Notes under the pieces: generated by a model
What the model saw: the letters and a program-made list of their open reading frames with translations, nothing else
Database searches by the model: none
Told to the model about the DNA's origin: nothing
Assembly: GCF_006345805.1 (NCBI RefSeq)
Contig: NC_043003.1
Location: 45,322,001 to 45,386,000, forward strand
Origin: Octopus sinensis
Taxonomy: Eukaryota
Reading direction: 5' to 3'
DNA: 64,000 nt
In this document: one piece after another, positions 50,376 through 64,000 of the stretch
Position numbering within the stretch: the first letter of the stretch is position 1
How the letters are laid out: the number at the start of each line of letters is the position of its first letter
Made by a program: the position numbers and the translations under genes

Positions 50376-52915
50376 GTGTGCATGAGAATGTATGTGTTTT
50401 TTCGTAGCAATTCGTTGATATCACAACGAATGAATTGCCATTGTCCATTCTTTTAACTTCATTGTATGTATGTATGTATGTATGTATGTATGTATGTATG
50501 TATGTATGTATGTATGCATGTATGCATGTGTGTATGTATGTATGTATTATTACACACACAAATATATGTATATATTCAAATCCCACCGAATCAACGATGC
50601 CTTTCATCCTTTCGGAGTTGATAGATATTATCAGACCATTTCGGAACAGCACTCTCTTTCTCCAGCTGACACATCCTGGATGTTTCGCTGGGCGGTAAGG
50701 CCGAAGGGATGTTTGTTTGCATCTACATACCCGCCCTAAAGCAATTAGCGAATGCAAGCAGCATGCTACGGAGTCATCTTTGATGGCGGGTGACGATCGT
50801 ATTTTTTTATTTACTTATATACCTGTGTTCTTGTGTGCGTGCGTTAGTATATGTGTGCATGCACTCATACAACATATATGTATGTATGTATGCATGCGTA
50901 TATGTATAAAAGCATACATATGTGCATATGCCCCTATGTATGTGCGTATATGTGTGTCTGTCTGTATAACCACATTTTCATCTGCACAGACTGACCCAGA
51001 ACGCAAATATTTTTGTCCAGTTACCACCATACATATACACACTCAATCACACCTATACATACATACACGCACACACATACACACACAAACTCATAGACAA
51101 CTCCACCTACCCAATCAATGGTGTTTATTCAGTGTGACACAGAGTCGTACGACCAACAATAATTTATTGAAACTTTCCTTAAATATTCAATGATATCGAC
51201 AAGAAATTCTTCAACAGACCCTACATTCCTGTCCGTATGTGATCGTTCGTATGAGTTTGTGTGTATGTTTGTGTGTTTGTGTCTCTCTATGCTTTTCTAC
51301 ATCTTTGCGTTTGTTTGTGAGAAAGTATGTGTACGAATGTTTGTTTGTGTATTTGTTTATGTGTGTTTTATCTTTGTCAGGAGAAGCAGTGCTGCAGAAC
51401 AGTGCAAATTCCGCATCAAATGGACACTGCTTCTCTCCAGAACCAGAAATGAAATTACGCTCTATTGCTTTGAACATATATTATTTCTAGTGATTTATTA
51501 TTATGGCACGGCATGATAATATAACAACATACAATCTAGGTATGGCAAACGAAGGTATTGGGGAGAGGAATTCCAGAAATGTAGTTTATGTTTTATTGTA
51601 GTTAGTTATAAACCTACTTGTTCTCAGTTCAAATATATCCGAAATCGATAACACAAAATAATAGCTGTCGTTGATGTTGTTCTTATTATTATTTAACCTC
51701 CATGGTCATCCTTGCTCTTACTGTTGAATGATCAAAGTAATATCAGTCGTAACCGTCCCATATTTCTCTATTTTTTAAGCATAATTCCCTCAGGAACACA
51801 TTATTCCGAGTGTCCTCTTTGTGTGAAGATATTCGTGCATGATTTGAGGGATATATGAAAGCTTCTCTCACAAGATCGGCAACATAACTCATAGAAGACT
51901 TTGGTGAGTATTGCTATGCTGTTTACGACAATATGTAGCTTGGCCAATTGAGGTTGAGCTTGAAAAAATTTTGATGCTTCTCCTTTCGTTCAAATTGTAA
52001 AATGAGTAAATATATAAAGCATATATTTCTCATGATTCCAGTTAATAATTTATTATTGCTAATTCATTCTGAGCTCTCGAAAATCTATCGGCCCAACCGA
52101 GTTCGATTCTTGATAAAAACGAATTTATTGCACTATTTTTTTTATTTCACGTGGAGATACTTTCACATCGAGACCCTACAGATTCAACCAATCTAAAGTT
52201 AGGATGTTTAAAAATATAAAATTGAAATGTTATCTATATTTTTTTTCATTTTTATAAGGCGGCGAGCTGGCAGAAACGGGAACAAATACTGTAAGTTATT
52301 TGAAATACATTACAGGTCTAATGATTCTGCTAATCCACCACCTTATCTCAAATCAAGATTAAATTACAAAATCCTGAGGCATTCATGGAATATTTTTGAG
52401 CATATTGGGTGAGTGCTTATCGAATTATATTCAAAAACGCAAATATGAAGCTAGGATAAACCAGCTTTTGGAATTGATATTGCTTTGCCTCATCTCTAAT
52501 TTTTAACAGCACAAAGATCTCTCCGGGGCTTGTAAATTAAGGTTCAGTTTTATACCAGGATTGATGCTGTTAATGATACTTTATAAATATTTAGCTTGTA
52601 CTTCGACTTGAAAAAAGAAAAAAAAAATTGTCATAAGTTACAAGATACCTGGTCAAACCAAGACAGAGACATTGCATAGCCGAGTCAAACGTACAAAAAA
52701 AACTGTGGGTGTTGTGGAGGTAAAAATATCTTCTGAATAAATATACTTTATAAAGGTCAACCATCAAGGTTAAACATCCACGCAGATATAGAGAAAGGTG
52801 TGAATGTACTTTGAACGCATCTCTGCGGCTAATACTCTTTAGAAGATCCATTGCATTTACAATATCCCAATTCTCTCACCCGTAAACCGTCTGTTCACAA
52901 CATTTCTGTATCTAT

Positions 52916-53140
52916 AAGGCGACGAGATAGCAGATTCGTTAGCGTGCCGGGCAAAAAATAATCAACGGTATTTCGTCCGCCTTTAATTTCTGAGTTTAAA
53001 TTCTGCCGAGGTCAACTTTGCCTTTCATCCAATTGGGGCTTGATAAAATAAGTACCAGGTGAGCACTGGGGTGGGGGTCGATGTAATCGACTTACCTCCG
53101 CCCCCAAAATTGCTGGTCTAGCGACAAAATTTGAAACCAA
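52916..53140 (+). mobile_element. SINE family A
   Basis: AAGGCGACGAGATAGCAGA..GAGTTTAAATTCTGCCGAGGTCAACTTTGCCTTTCATCC..CAAAATTTGAAACC. Confidence 0.85.
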
Positions 53141-56100
53141 TATTTCTTTATCTTACTCAATGGCATCAAGTCGAGAAAAATTAATGAAAGAATATCCATT
53201 GGTACAGAATTACAGAGAAGAGAATATTATTGGAGGAAACACCAGTTACAGTTTTGATCTTGTTGAATTATATTTCTCATGAGAGGAGTTAATCTTAGAT
53301 CACTTTTCACTGCTGTATGATTCTTGAAATCACCAAGAATAAAAATAGTACTTCATTTTCTCTATTTTTTTTTTGTAGGGATAGATGGAGCAAAAATCTA
53401 AAAAATTATGTACAGTATATTTCATGTCATGAGGAAGAAGTGTGAAGAAGATCGGAGAGAGAGAGAGTAAAAAATAACTGGGACTCAAAACTGAGTATTA
53501 TACGTCATTTTAATGCCTGTGAAAAATAAATCTTTGTTCTCTATCTGAAGAAGTACGCAGGGCTCGAAGCTGTAGACTTCTTTTGTTTCTCTCGGCATAT
53601 ATAAATTCCATTTTTATATACTTCTTCTATTCTGTAGTTTTATGTGATCTTAGATTATAAACGGGGAGATTTTAATCAACAAGATAATAACTAGTATCTT
53701 TACACTGAAATCCATACCAACGGATATCCTTTTATACTTTCAATACTGCCCTGCGTTTTTACGACAAATTTAACTAAGCTATTGAGAGATAAATCCTTCA
53801 AAAACAAAAGCAAAAAACGAAAATGAGAAGCAGTGAGATACGAACTGGTGAACTTTCAGTTCGTATGAAGAAATACTAACAATTTACTCAGGTGCGATAC
53901 TCACATGGAGACGGGTATTAATAGCTTCATTTCGAAATTGAAACTGGTATACGAACTTGGTTTATGGTGAGTGTATGACTCCTATGCTATAACACTCGAC
54001 ACAATATTAGAGCAAAAATATTAATATTTCTACAAGCTGTACCTTAAGATATTCTTCATCGACCCTTCTGGAAATGGTATTTGTTGTTTAATGTTTTCCA
54101 ATCTCATATGTAAATGAAATTTGTTTTTAAAATGTTTCACATAGCAAGAATTTTTGCCTCAGCTGATTTTTTTTTTTTTTTCCTCCAGTGGTGTAATATA
54201 AAAAACTGGTGCGTTCTGAAATGTAAGGAAAAGTAAACGTAAGACGTGGAGGCAATAAAGGGTTAGCAAAGGATGGGGGGTGAGGTGTTTGTGGGTGTAG
54301 GCATTTCTGTAGTAAGCCTAGAACTGCATTTGCCATTTTCTTTCAAAGTGAAAACAATATAATATCTTTTACAGATAATTCTGAGTTCACTCGTCAATCA
54401 GAGCGTTGCAAAGTCAATGATGTGTTACTTCTGTCGTCGTTGTTGTTAAAGTTTCTCTTCATGCTCTTCTTGTACTCGTGGTTTTGTTCTTGTTATTATG
54501 TCTCCTGGCCTTTGTTATTGTTTTATTTCATTTATTGTTGTAATAGCATTAGTTATTATTGATAGCGTTGTTATTATTACTATAGATATTGCTGTTATTG
54601 TCGAAGTCATCGTTGTTGATGATGATGATGATAATGTCTTATTTGCATTTATTTAGGATTTTTGTATTATTATTTTTCTCTGTTTTCATTTTGTTTGTAT
54701 GGTGCGGGGTTGTAAACTGAAACTTTTGTCTTTTTATTTATTCTCTTTTTTTTATGGGGAGGAGCTACAAGAGAAAAATTGGCTGACTACAAGAATTAGC
54801 AGATAACATCTGGCAAAGTAACCATCAGAAACTGAAGATGAACCAGCAGTGCTTTCATTTTGTTAAGGCTGCAATGCCTGGTTTCCGACACCAAACAGCA
54901 AAAGCGAGACGTTAGCCTAAAGTTATTCAGACATATTTTCAAAAATTAAAAGCTTATAATCCGTCTTATATAGAATTATTCAGCAACCGTTAAGTGCACA
55001 AGTACCATCACTATTTAGGAGCTGCAAGCATGCCAGTTATATTAAAAACATCTCTGTGATTCAGATACTTCCAACAACACTACCATAATTTTAAATATTA
55101 AGTTACGAAAGCTGGAGTTAATTTGTTTTAACATTTATAGAGATTTTTTTATTTTATTTTATTAAGTAGATTAGGTATAGTGACATTTTTTGCCACTGGG
55201 TAGTTTATGCAGACGTGACGTATCCATTTCATGTTTATCTTCTGGTGAGGAGTACAGTTAAAAACATAAGCTTCGGTGTGAGTGTAGATTATCCACTCTG
55301 TTGTGTAGAAGACAATTGAGGTCTTGTTTTTTGTTTTATTTTTTCACTAAAATTTAATCACAGTTTTATAAGGATTCTACAGACAAATCACTTGTATTTC
55401 AATATTTGAGTTTATGTTGCTCGGTGTGAAATTCTCAAGCAACATCTTGGTCACTTGGTACATTTACGTCCTGCTGAAAATCCAACATTGACTAGAGCAG
55501 CGTCCGTTCATGGAAGAAAACTTCTTTCATCCGCTCACCACCAAGGCAGTACGAGGCGAGAACAGGCCTATTAGCTCCAATGGATCCAAAGGCACATCAA
55601 CTGAATAGTTTACTAAAATATATATGAAATAAATTTACGTTCATGAGAAAGAGAGGAACTAACAAATCATCTGTGAGGAAACAGAAAATTGGGAAAAATT
55701 GGAAGATATAAGGTACATTCGAAGAGAGTAGAAGGATGTAGATAATAATATTTCTTTAAAAGGCATATGTGTTCAATGAGCACGTGTGCACACTCACACA
55801 CACACACACACACACACGTATGTGTGTGCTAAAAGATATTATTTGGAAAATTCGGGCACTTCAACCCGTTGTTGTGAAAATTCTCATAAATTGAACTGCT
55901 TAAAACGTTAAGGATTGAATCAATGAATTTCAATTTACAATTATTTACTTTTAATAGAAATGTGTACAGCACTGGATTTCATTATATATAAACACTGTTT
56001 TGAAGATAATGAGTCCAACAAAGGAATTGGGTACCATGACTCTAAGAAATATGGTAAATGAAAAGAAAGTTTTAAATGAATGAATGAATGAATGATTGAA

Positions 56101-56813
56101 GGGAGATATTTCCGGGTTTTAAGGGGTGCAGTGTTTGAGACGGATCAAAATATTTATGTAGTAAACTAAAGCTCTTATTGAATCTTAAATTTAGAAAGCA
56201 AACTTTTTCAACGTCTAAAATGGTTTCATGCTGCAATGCTACAGAAAACTCTCATCAGACAAGAGTTGAAGCTTTAGTTCATTGGAATATCCTTCCAAAT
56301 AGAAAGGGTTCAGAAACGAAGTTTACCAAATTACAAATAAATATTGTTATTAAAAATCCCTGCATATGCACTGACAAAACGAAGAGAATGTGCATATATC
56401 AAGTATATTGTCCTTGTTGCTTACAACTCTCTAAACAAGTTTGTCAAAAAAAGTTTTTAATTGGTACAGTGCACATCTGCCTGCTCAAAGATTAAGTAAG
56501 AACTTATAAGGAAGAAAAATATAGTTAAATTGAAAAGTAGATGGATTCTACTCATACAACTGAGCATTAAATGATACAAATACAATCATTTGTGGTGGCG
56601 CGAATATTTTAGAGCTTCACGAGAATGTTCATCAAATTCTGAAGTATTCCCTTTGGAAATTATTTCAAAAGATCCAGTAAAATTTCTTGAGAAACCACAT
56701 TGATTCAGTGAAGTAAGAGCTGCTTTTCACAAACCTAGACAAAGTTCTTGATATTGACAGCATTCTGGCAGGTGTACTCAAATTAGATGGGAATAAGATG
56801 CTAGAACTTTTCC

Positions 56814-56890
<77 letters not shown>

Positions 56891-57855
56891 GTCGGGGAGG
56901 GTACACCTCCTCAAAACTGCAGTGGTGTTTTTCTGGAGTTGCACAAACAAAATGGTGATGAAGACGTGTTCATTTTCCACCACTGCGTTGTAAAATATTG
57001 AGTACAATTTCTCATGATAGGTTCATTAATCATGAGGTGACGTATCTTGTTTCTGAGTTTCAATCACGTTTTCGAGCTTGATGAGGAATTAATGACATAA
57101 TCGTTTCCGTTCGTGAACTACAAAAGAGATGCTTTGAGCAAAAACTTTTTCTTTGTCGCTGTTTCATCGGCACCACAAAGGCCTTCCTTTTGGTGAATCG
57201 TGATGTGTTATAAACGAATGCCAACAAAGTCTGTCGTACTGATAATTTCACAAATATTATCATTTTGACGTGGAAAATAAAATTCATAAGTATCAATAAT
57301 CTCTTTAGATTATTCAATTCTAATTGAATTTGTCTGTTTAATTTGTCTATCATTAAAAGACAAATTTGTTTAAAGCTGGTCTTGCCTAGTTATGGATACA
57401 TGAACCAATCCACGCTGGTTCGCTACGTCAATGAACATGCACCGGACCATCATTTAATAAATATTTTTCGATTGGTAGTATGAACCGATATACCAGGTAT
57501 ACACAATGCCAAATTTCACAATTCTGCATGGTATTTTGTTAAGTATAAACTTTATACAATAGAATTGAGAAAATAAAAGATATTCGTTTTGGGGTTTGGT
57601 TTGCAAGATTCTTTATATGATGGTGGGGAACAAACACTGTCACACAAAACTACACACAGAGAGACTTTGTGTTTAAACAGTTTACAAAAATGTATTCAAA
57701 ATAGATAGTAAAATAATTCATAATTATTTATAAGTTCAACAAAAATCACGATTGTATATAAGCATATATACAGAAATAATTTGTAGACAGTATTTGATAG
57801 GAGGAGGCGTGTATTGCTTAGTCAACCTTCATCAGAAATCATATTTAGATATTAA

Positions 57856-58379
57856 AAATATTGCATTTCTAAATCTCTCAGAGAGAGCTATGCAGTAATA
57901 GCACGATAAAGTGATGGCTTGCTGCCAACTTAATGTGGCATTCCCAGGAAAGGGAAGAATGCTACTGCTATTTAGCTCCAAGAATCTCCGATTGTAATTG
58001 GCTATGTGACACAAACGTTCTGTGCCCTTAAGTTTTCAAACAGGAGAGATAAGCACCTTCACCCAACTAAGCCAGTATACAGAGACTAGTTTCAAGGTAG
58101 TTGTTCTTCATCTGTCTAGAGTAACTTGGCTTTGCTACCTGTCGGTGCTGGTGAAAACTTATAGAATTTCAAGTGAAATAAATTCACTGATCTACAAAAT
58201 TAGAAATATTGCACGTCTAAATCACTCAGAGAAAGTTATGCAGTGGCAACACGATAAAGTGATGGATTGTTGCCAACTTAATGTGGCAGTCCCAGGAAAG
58301 AGAAGAATGCTGCTTCTTTTTAGCCCCAAGAAACACCGTTTCTATTTCCCTACGTGACACATGAGTTCTGTGTTCTAAG
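57856..58379. repeat. Direct tandem duplication (348-bp period) of repeat family D
   Basis: AAATATTGCA..CACGATAAAGTGATGG..GCCAACTTAATGTGGCA at 57856 and 58204. Shares GCTATGTGACACA and GACTAGTTTCA with 32685-33192. Confidence 0.85.
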
Positions 58380-59382
58380 AATGTGCGTATGTGTGTGTGT
58401 CTGTGACAGTTTGTTGCGATTATTGGAATTGTATTGCGTGTGTATATGAGAGTATTTTTTTCTTTGAGGGCGTGTGTAAAAAACCTCTGTGTGTGTGTGT
58501 TTTTATAATGTATGCACTCAGATGCCTGTCCAAAATTTCGTTTTGAACTTCCTTAGTCCCCCTTGCACGTTCTTCACTGCCCCTGTTTAACTTATTGTTT
58601 CCTTTTAATATTTTAGGCTTTTTGCTTTTCTCTCCAATATCGAATTTTGTATGAGGATTTGAAACTTCGATTACTTTTAGAAAACGTTCTTTTGGTATGC
58701 ATACAATGTTTATAAGACAGTGTCTCTGCGTATCCCCATTCTATATCATTTATATGGATATTTTAGCAGATAATACCATGTGCGGTCAAACTTTGACCAT
58801 TTGTAGGTGAAAATTTCTTCACTGAAAGTTGTTTATATTTGTCGTTTAATGGATATATCTATACACGTTACGTGCATTAAAAACATAAATATATAAGAAT
58901 ATTAAATAAGATGTAAAAGAAAGTAAAAGATTGAAATAAAACCATCTTTTATGATAGGATGATAAAAATGTTGATGGGTTGACGAAGATAACTTAATGTT
59001 TAGCGAGATAGAGTAAGCATACCATGCTGAGGTTTTGCGAAATATCATCCAGAATAACATAAAATCGGTATATAGTTAAATATAAGAAATACAAACCATA
59101 AATATAAATGATTCAAAATGTGTAAAATATCTTCATCCGTATTATTTATTCTTCAATAATCCGAGGCTTTCAAGAAGTTATAATAGCTTCATAAATATTA
59201 GATTCTTATTACTAAACACAAAGGGCTATATTTCTGGGGAAGTGGGTGAGAATTCGACTTTTATGTTTTTATCCTAAAGTATCTGTGGTGTAAATCAACT
59301 GAAATTTACGTCAACTCAGAACCGAAAGATGGTATAGACACACTCGACTCACAAGCACACACACACACCACACACACACACA

Positions 59383-59502
<120 letters not shown>

Positions 59503-59616
59503 GCACAAATATATATTCATATACAGATATTCTTCTACATATATGTGTGTGTCTTATTTACATTTATCCACACGCACGTATACACATACGCATCCACACA
59601 CACATATGTGTATATT

Positions 59617-59654
<38 letters not shown>

Positions 59655-60279
59655 AACAGAATTATCTATCAGAAATACAACACCCACACACACACAAATA
59701 CAATGGCGTCTATCTCCTTCCGCACATTTCTCGCCCAAACGTTGTGAAGAATTCCTTCATCTTTTAAGCCATAAATTTTTTAGATAACAATAATGAAATC
59801 TTTCTGTGATATCAAATCGTTTGGTATTATTGGTTTGGTGTCGTTGTGCTGTCCCAGGACGTGCAATCACCTATGACTAACACAACTAATACAAACATCA
59901 GCAAATAAATCTAATACTTCGCACTTAAAAATTCAAACTGCTATAATATTGCGTTTTTCCATCATGCTTTCGTAGACGTTAATTCTCTGAAGACTTATAT
60001 CTTCGACCTCTTCAAAATCGCTTCAAGTTTATTGCATTGAAATCAAATATTTTGTTCTTTAATGCTATGTCGAACGCTAAATATTATTTACTCCTTTTGA
60101 GCAAAGTAAAACGTGCCGATAAAGTGTACATAATAGAAAAGTTAAAACTGTGAAAACCTAAATAAGTTTAGAGTTCAGTCTAACTGGGTTTTTACGTTTT
60201 CATCTACTATTATTTGATCAAATCTAGTTTCTTTTTCAGTTAAGAATTTACGCATTTGGTTACACACACACACACACAC

Positions 60280-60366
<87 letters not shown>

Positions 60367-60371
<5 letters not shown>

Positions 60372-61060
60372 GGATGAAAAATTGAATATTTATTTGATTA
60401 ATATCAATTTTAAACCAGTGGTTTAGCATATAGAAAAATCTGAAGATTCAGAAAAATTATATTACTTACATATAAGAGGGATGTCCACTAAGTGGACATC
60501 CATTATGCTAGAAGTCGACCCCCTATGGTCTTACCTCTAACAAAGGAATGTTCTCAGGAAATTTTAGCAGACGTCAGAACGTAAGCGAGCAAGACAGTTG
60601 AAAAGATAGAAAATATACAGATTAATCACAAATCCGGTTTCGTTGTTACCACTTATGTATTTACTTACGTCACAACTCGTCAGTGTGATAGTCATAGCAA
60701 AGTATAATTTGCAGAACTATACACGGGACGTTCGCATGAGATTGAGTATGTATATAGTTCTACCAATTACATTTGGGGTTATATTTCAAAAGTTCTACTA
60801 AAAGAATAGGCACTCTTCATCACATTCTGCAGAAACAATTCTGCAGAAAATGATTCTCTGCAGTGAATTTTGCCGGTTAGAGTAAATAGTTATTTAAATT
60901 GAAATTTAAAGTAATAAGGGTGAAAAATTGAATATTTATTTGATTAATATCAAATAAATATCTTGTTCTCAAGAAAATGTAGCAAACGCCAGAACGTAAG
61001 CGAGCAAGGCAAATGAAAAGATACAAAATATACAGAATAATCACAAACCCGTTACGTTCT
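60367..61060. repeat. Local duplication; second copy (60921-61060) lacks ~140 bp of the first
   Basis: TGAAAAATTGAATATTTATTTGATTAATATCAA at 60375 and 60921; TGTTCTCA..CAGAACGTAAGCGAGCAAG..AATCACAAA at 60549 and 60964. Confidence 0.85.
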
Positions 61061-61079
61061 CGTGTTTGCTAAATTTGAG

Positions 61080-61500
61080 AGTGTGTAAGTGTGTGCGTGC
61101 GTATAGGGGCTGGGGATTTTGACATGTGGATGTGTGCGTGTGTAAGTCTGTGCGTCTGTAATGTGTGGGTATATGGATGATGATGTGGGTGCTGGGAAGT
61201 GGTCAGTGGTAGTGTGTGCGGAGTGGTGTGCAGGGTGTGATGTGGTGTGGCGGTGGGGTGTGTGGGAATGTGAAGGTGGGGTGTGAGTTGGGGTGATGGT
61301 AGAGGGGTGGAATAGAGGGGTGGGGAATGTGGGAGTGAGATGTGTGGTGGTAAGGTGTGGATGTAGGGGGTATCAATGAAGGAAGAAGGTGGGCAGAAGG
61401 AAAGAGAGGAAGTAGGTGTCAGGGCAGGAGCGGAGAGGAGAGACGGGTAGGAGTAAAGAGAGGAAGAATGTATCACTTGGGGAGAGAAGGGGAGTTGAGC
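61080..61500. repeat. G/T-rich then G/A-rich low-complexity tract
   Basis: Read directly; many GGG/GGGG runs at 61240-61370. Confidence 0.8.
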
Positions 61501-61885
61501 CCATGTGGGGCAAAGGAGCGAAGAGAGAAGCTTAATTCCTGTTCACATGATTGAACGTTCTGGAGATTGTGTCAAATAATTAGATATAAAAGTTGTAACT
61601 AACGCTTCCTTTACTTTATAAGTAATTCTCTCTTAAGTGAAGGATCTAATTTGATTCATGATAAGCAGTGAGAATTTTTGAAATGTGGATCTTAAGTGAA
61701 CTATTCTTATTTGAATCGATGCGGTTGCTACTTTCAGTGTTCGGAGGTGCCTATAACACAACACACCCTACTGTGACTTCAGTCAATATACGTAATTAAG
61801 TGTGTATTATTACACGGTGAATTAGCAAATATTCTCTTAGAGGATATATATACAAATATACACACGTACACACACACCATCTGAT

Positions 61886-62088
61886 ATTGGTTTCAAATTT
61901 TGGTACGCGGTCGCCAAGCTGGGCGAGAGTTAGTCGATTACGTCGACCCAAAACTTCAACTAATGCCTATTTCATCGGCCCCGAAAGAATGAAAGGCAAA
62001 GTCGACCTTGGCCGAATGTGAACTCAGAACGTAAAGATGGACGAAATACTGCTAAGAACTTTGCCTGGCTCGCGCTTCCGCACCACCT
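61886..62088 (-). mobile_element. SINE family A
   Basis: TTGGTTTCAAATTTTGG..CCCGAAAGAATGAAAGGCAAAGTCGACC..GAACTCAGAACGTAAAG. Confidence 0.85.
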
Positions 62089-64000
62089 GATATTATTTCG
62101 CGATAAGTTGAGTGCCATGGAAGCAAAATAATTACTACTTATTTAGAGTGAACTAAATTTAGGTAAAATTTATCATTAAAAGCAGCAATGGCAATATTTC
62201 ATTATCTTACGTTGCTGAGTTCAATTAATGACATCTACATTGAGAGGTGACAGAAGCTCGCCCTTGAGACTTCGTCCCTCAAAATTTCTTAGATGCTCTT
62301 ATCTTCAAAGGCAACAGTTATCAATCGATTCATTGACTCATAATCGTCTTTATGAACATTACTATGATTTCAAATATTTTGGATTGAGACTATTGAAAAT
62401 TGCTTTAGATTAATGGCTTCATTCGTCAGACTTCATGCAGTTTGTCAGACTTTATAGTAACACTGCTTTTTATGTGTTTACAACATGGGCTTACACTATA
62501 ACCAATTAATGAAACACAATAAGTTTGTAAAAGAAATATGAAGAAAATATTTGCTTCTCTTAAGGCCCTAAATTTTCATTCCACTATAATATCAGCTACA
62601 TATCTCATAAATAAGAGAATTTTGGAATTTTTGCACTTTTTTGCCGAATGAAAAAACAGCACGTCAATGTGGTTGAAAATTCAGAATATCATTCTCCAAC
62701 CATATTACTGACTCAGTCAAAATTATTGTAACACGGTTCAAACGGGTTTATTTCGGTATGTTTTCAAGGTTCAGATTGCAATATCCACCATACGGATGAA
62801 TTAGTCGTGTTTCTTGTTTTGTTTTGTTAGCTTAAAGTTAATTGCATATTTTAAATACTAACTCACTGACCTTTCGAATCCGTATTAACTGGTAACTATT
62901 TAAAATTCAATTTGTATTATATCAGTTCGTTCAGAAACTTAAGACTTATAGCTTCATAACGTATCACACATTATGCACCAGAATATATAAACCAACTTAA
63001 TACTTTATATTTCGCTGTAACATAACTTTACAACTCATTAACAAATGGTATGTAACCTGGGGCGATATTATATTTCTTCATATTTCTCGTTGTTATATGT
63101 TAAAATCGAATTGGTGACACTGTAATAGCAGCAGAAATATCTGAGTGCATGAAATCGAGTCCAGCAAGCAGTAAATAAGCAGAAGAGACATAACAAAAAG
63201 AAAAAGAAAAAAAGCAAGAACACATAAAAGCACTTCACTAAATAACTTACTCCGTCTATGTTCATTGTTCAAATGCTATCGGGTTCAGCTTTATATTGCA
63301 AAACTCAGAGATCGATCAAATAAGTGACTAATAATTTGGCTAGTGTTGCATAAAATGACTATACTATATCCATTATCCATAAAAAGTTCCTCTGTACCCA
63401 ATCTAGTAAAAATAAATATAACTGCGTTTCTCTCGGAGGAAGATATTGAGATGACTATTGGCACACATGACAACAAAGCAAGAAAATAAATACCATAAAA
63501 CATGTCGGTGAAGAAGTAATAAACTCAGTGAAACTAAAGTATAAGTGAGCTGAGGTACGATCGCTGTGTTTTAACTTACTTCAGAAATTAAATAAGAAAT
63601 CGACGCCATATATGTGTGGCGGCGCCTGGTCTAATAGTAATGCAACTTAATTCTTCAATATATTGTCTTGTGTTCGATTCGCGGTCATGTAAGGTAATTT
63701 ATTTTAGTAACCCAGTTCACCAAGCTGGCAACAAAGAGTCTGGAAATTGATAGAGAACTGCTCAGTGTCAAATCAGTGCACCAGCGCCAAGGATTCAGTG
63801 GTAAGTCCTAAAAACTACAGTGGAGAAGAAGGATATGTCTGCGTCTACTAATGGAATGCTATATCTTAGCTTTCCCTTTTTTTTTTGTTTATAAATGCAA
63901 GCAATCTTCTCTCAAATTGAAATTATGTATTGTAGAATCGTAAAAGAGGATTAGGGAGGAAGATATCCTGAGACCAAAGACCTGGTTCGAATGCTTGAAA

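Noticed and set aside
55410-55575. ~54-codon open frame (YVARCEILKQHLGH..REQAY*) as a possible host exon
   Set aside because: No polypyrimidine acceptor, no recognisable domain, and the length is compatible with chance.

Overview
AT-rich eukaryotic, repeat-dominated DNA with very dense (TA)n, (CA)n, (TATG)n and (AAT)n microsatellites. The SINE families look like those of an octopus-type cephalopod, which is an inference from recall and not a database result. I found no host protein-coding gene, rRNA, true tRNA gene or CRISPR array. Almost all listed ORFs are microsatellite translations, and the real coding signal comes from decayed transposons. These are a near-full-length D,D34D mariner (16490-17731), two related Tc1-type elements (37101-38301, 40653-41868), a second mariner 5' fragment, a maT-like remnant, and R4/Dong-like RLE, L1/Tx1-like and RTE-like LINE remnants. 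There are also more than 20 copies or halves of tRNA-derived SINEs from at least six families. The standout is a ~480-bp tandem repeat (38911-40602). Every unit carries an identical, complete type I hammerhead ribozyme motif, and the array ends in a fold-back inversion. This is a retrozyme or ribozyme-satellite-like system predicted to release 480/483-nt monomer RNAs that could circularise. Independently, a tRNA-headed SINE family (26.0-26.6 kb, 38.6-38.9 kb) carries a Penelope-type minimal hammerhead in its 3' body.
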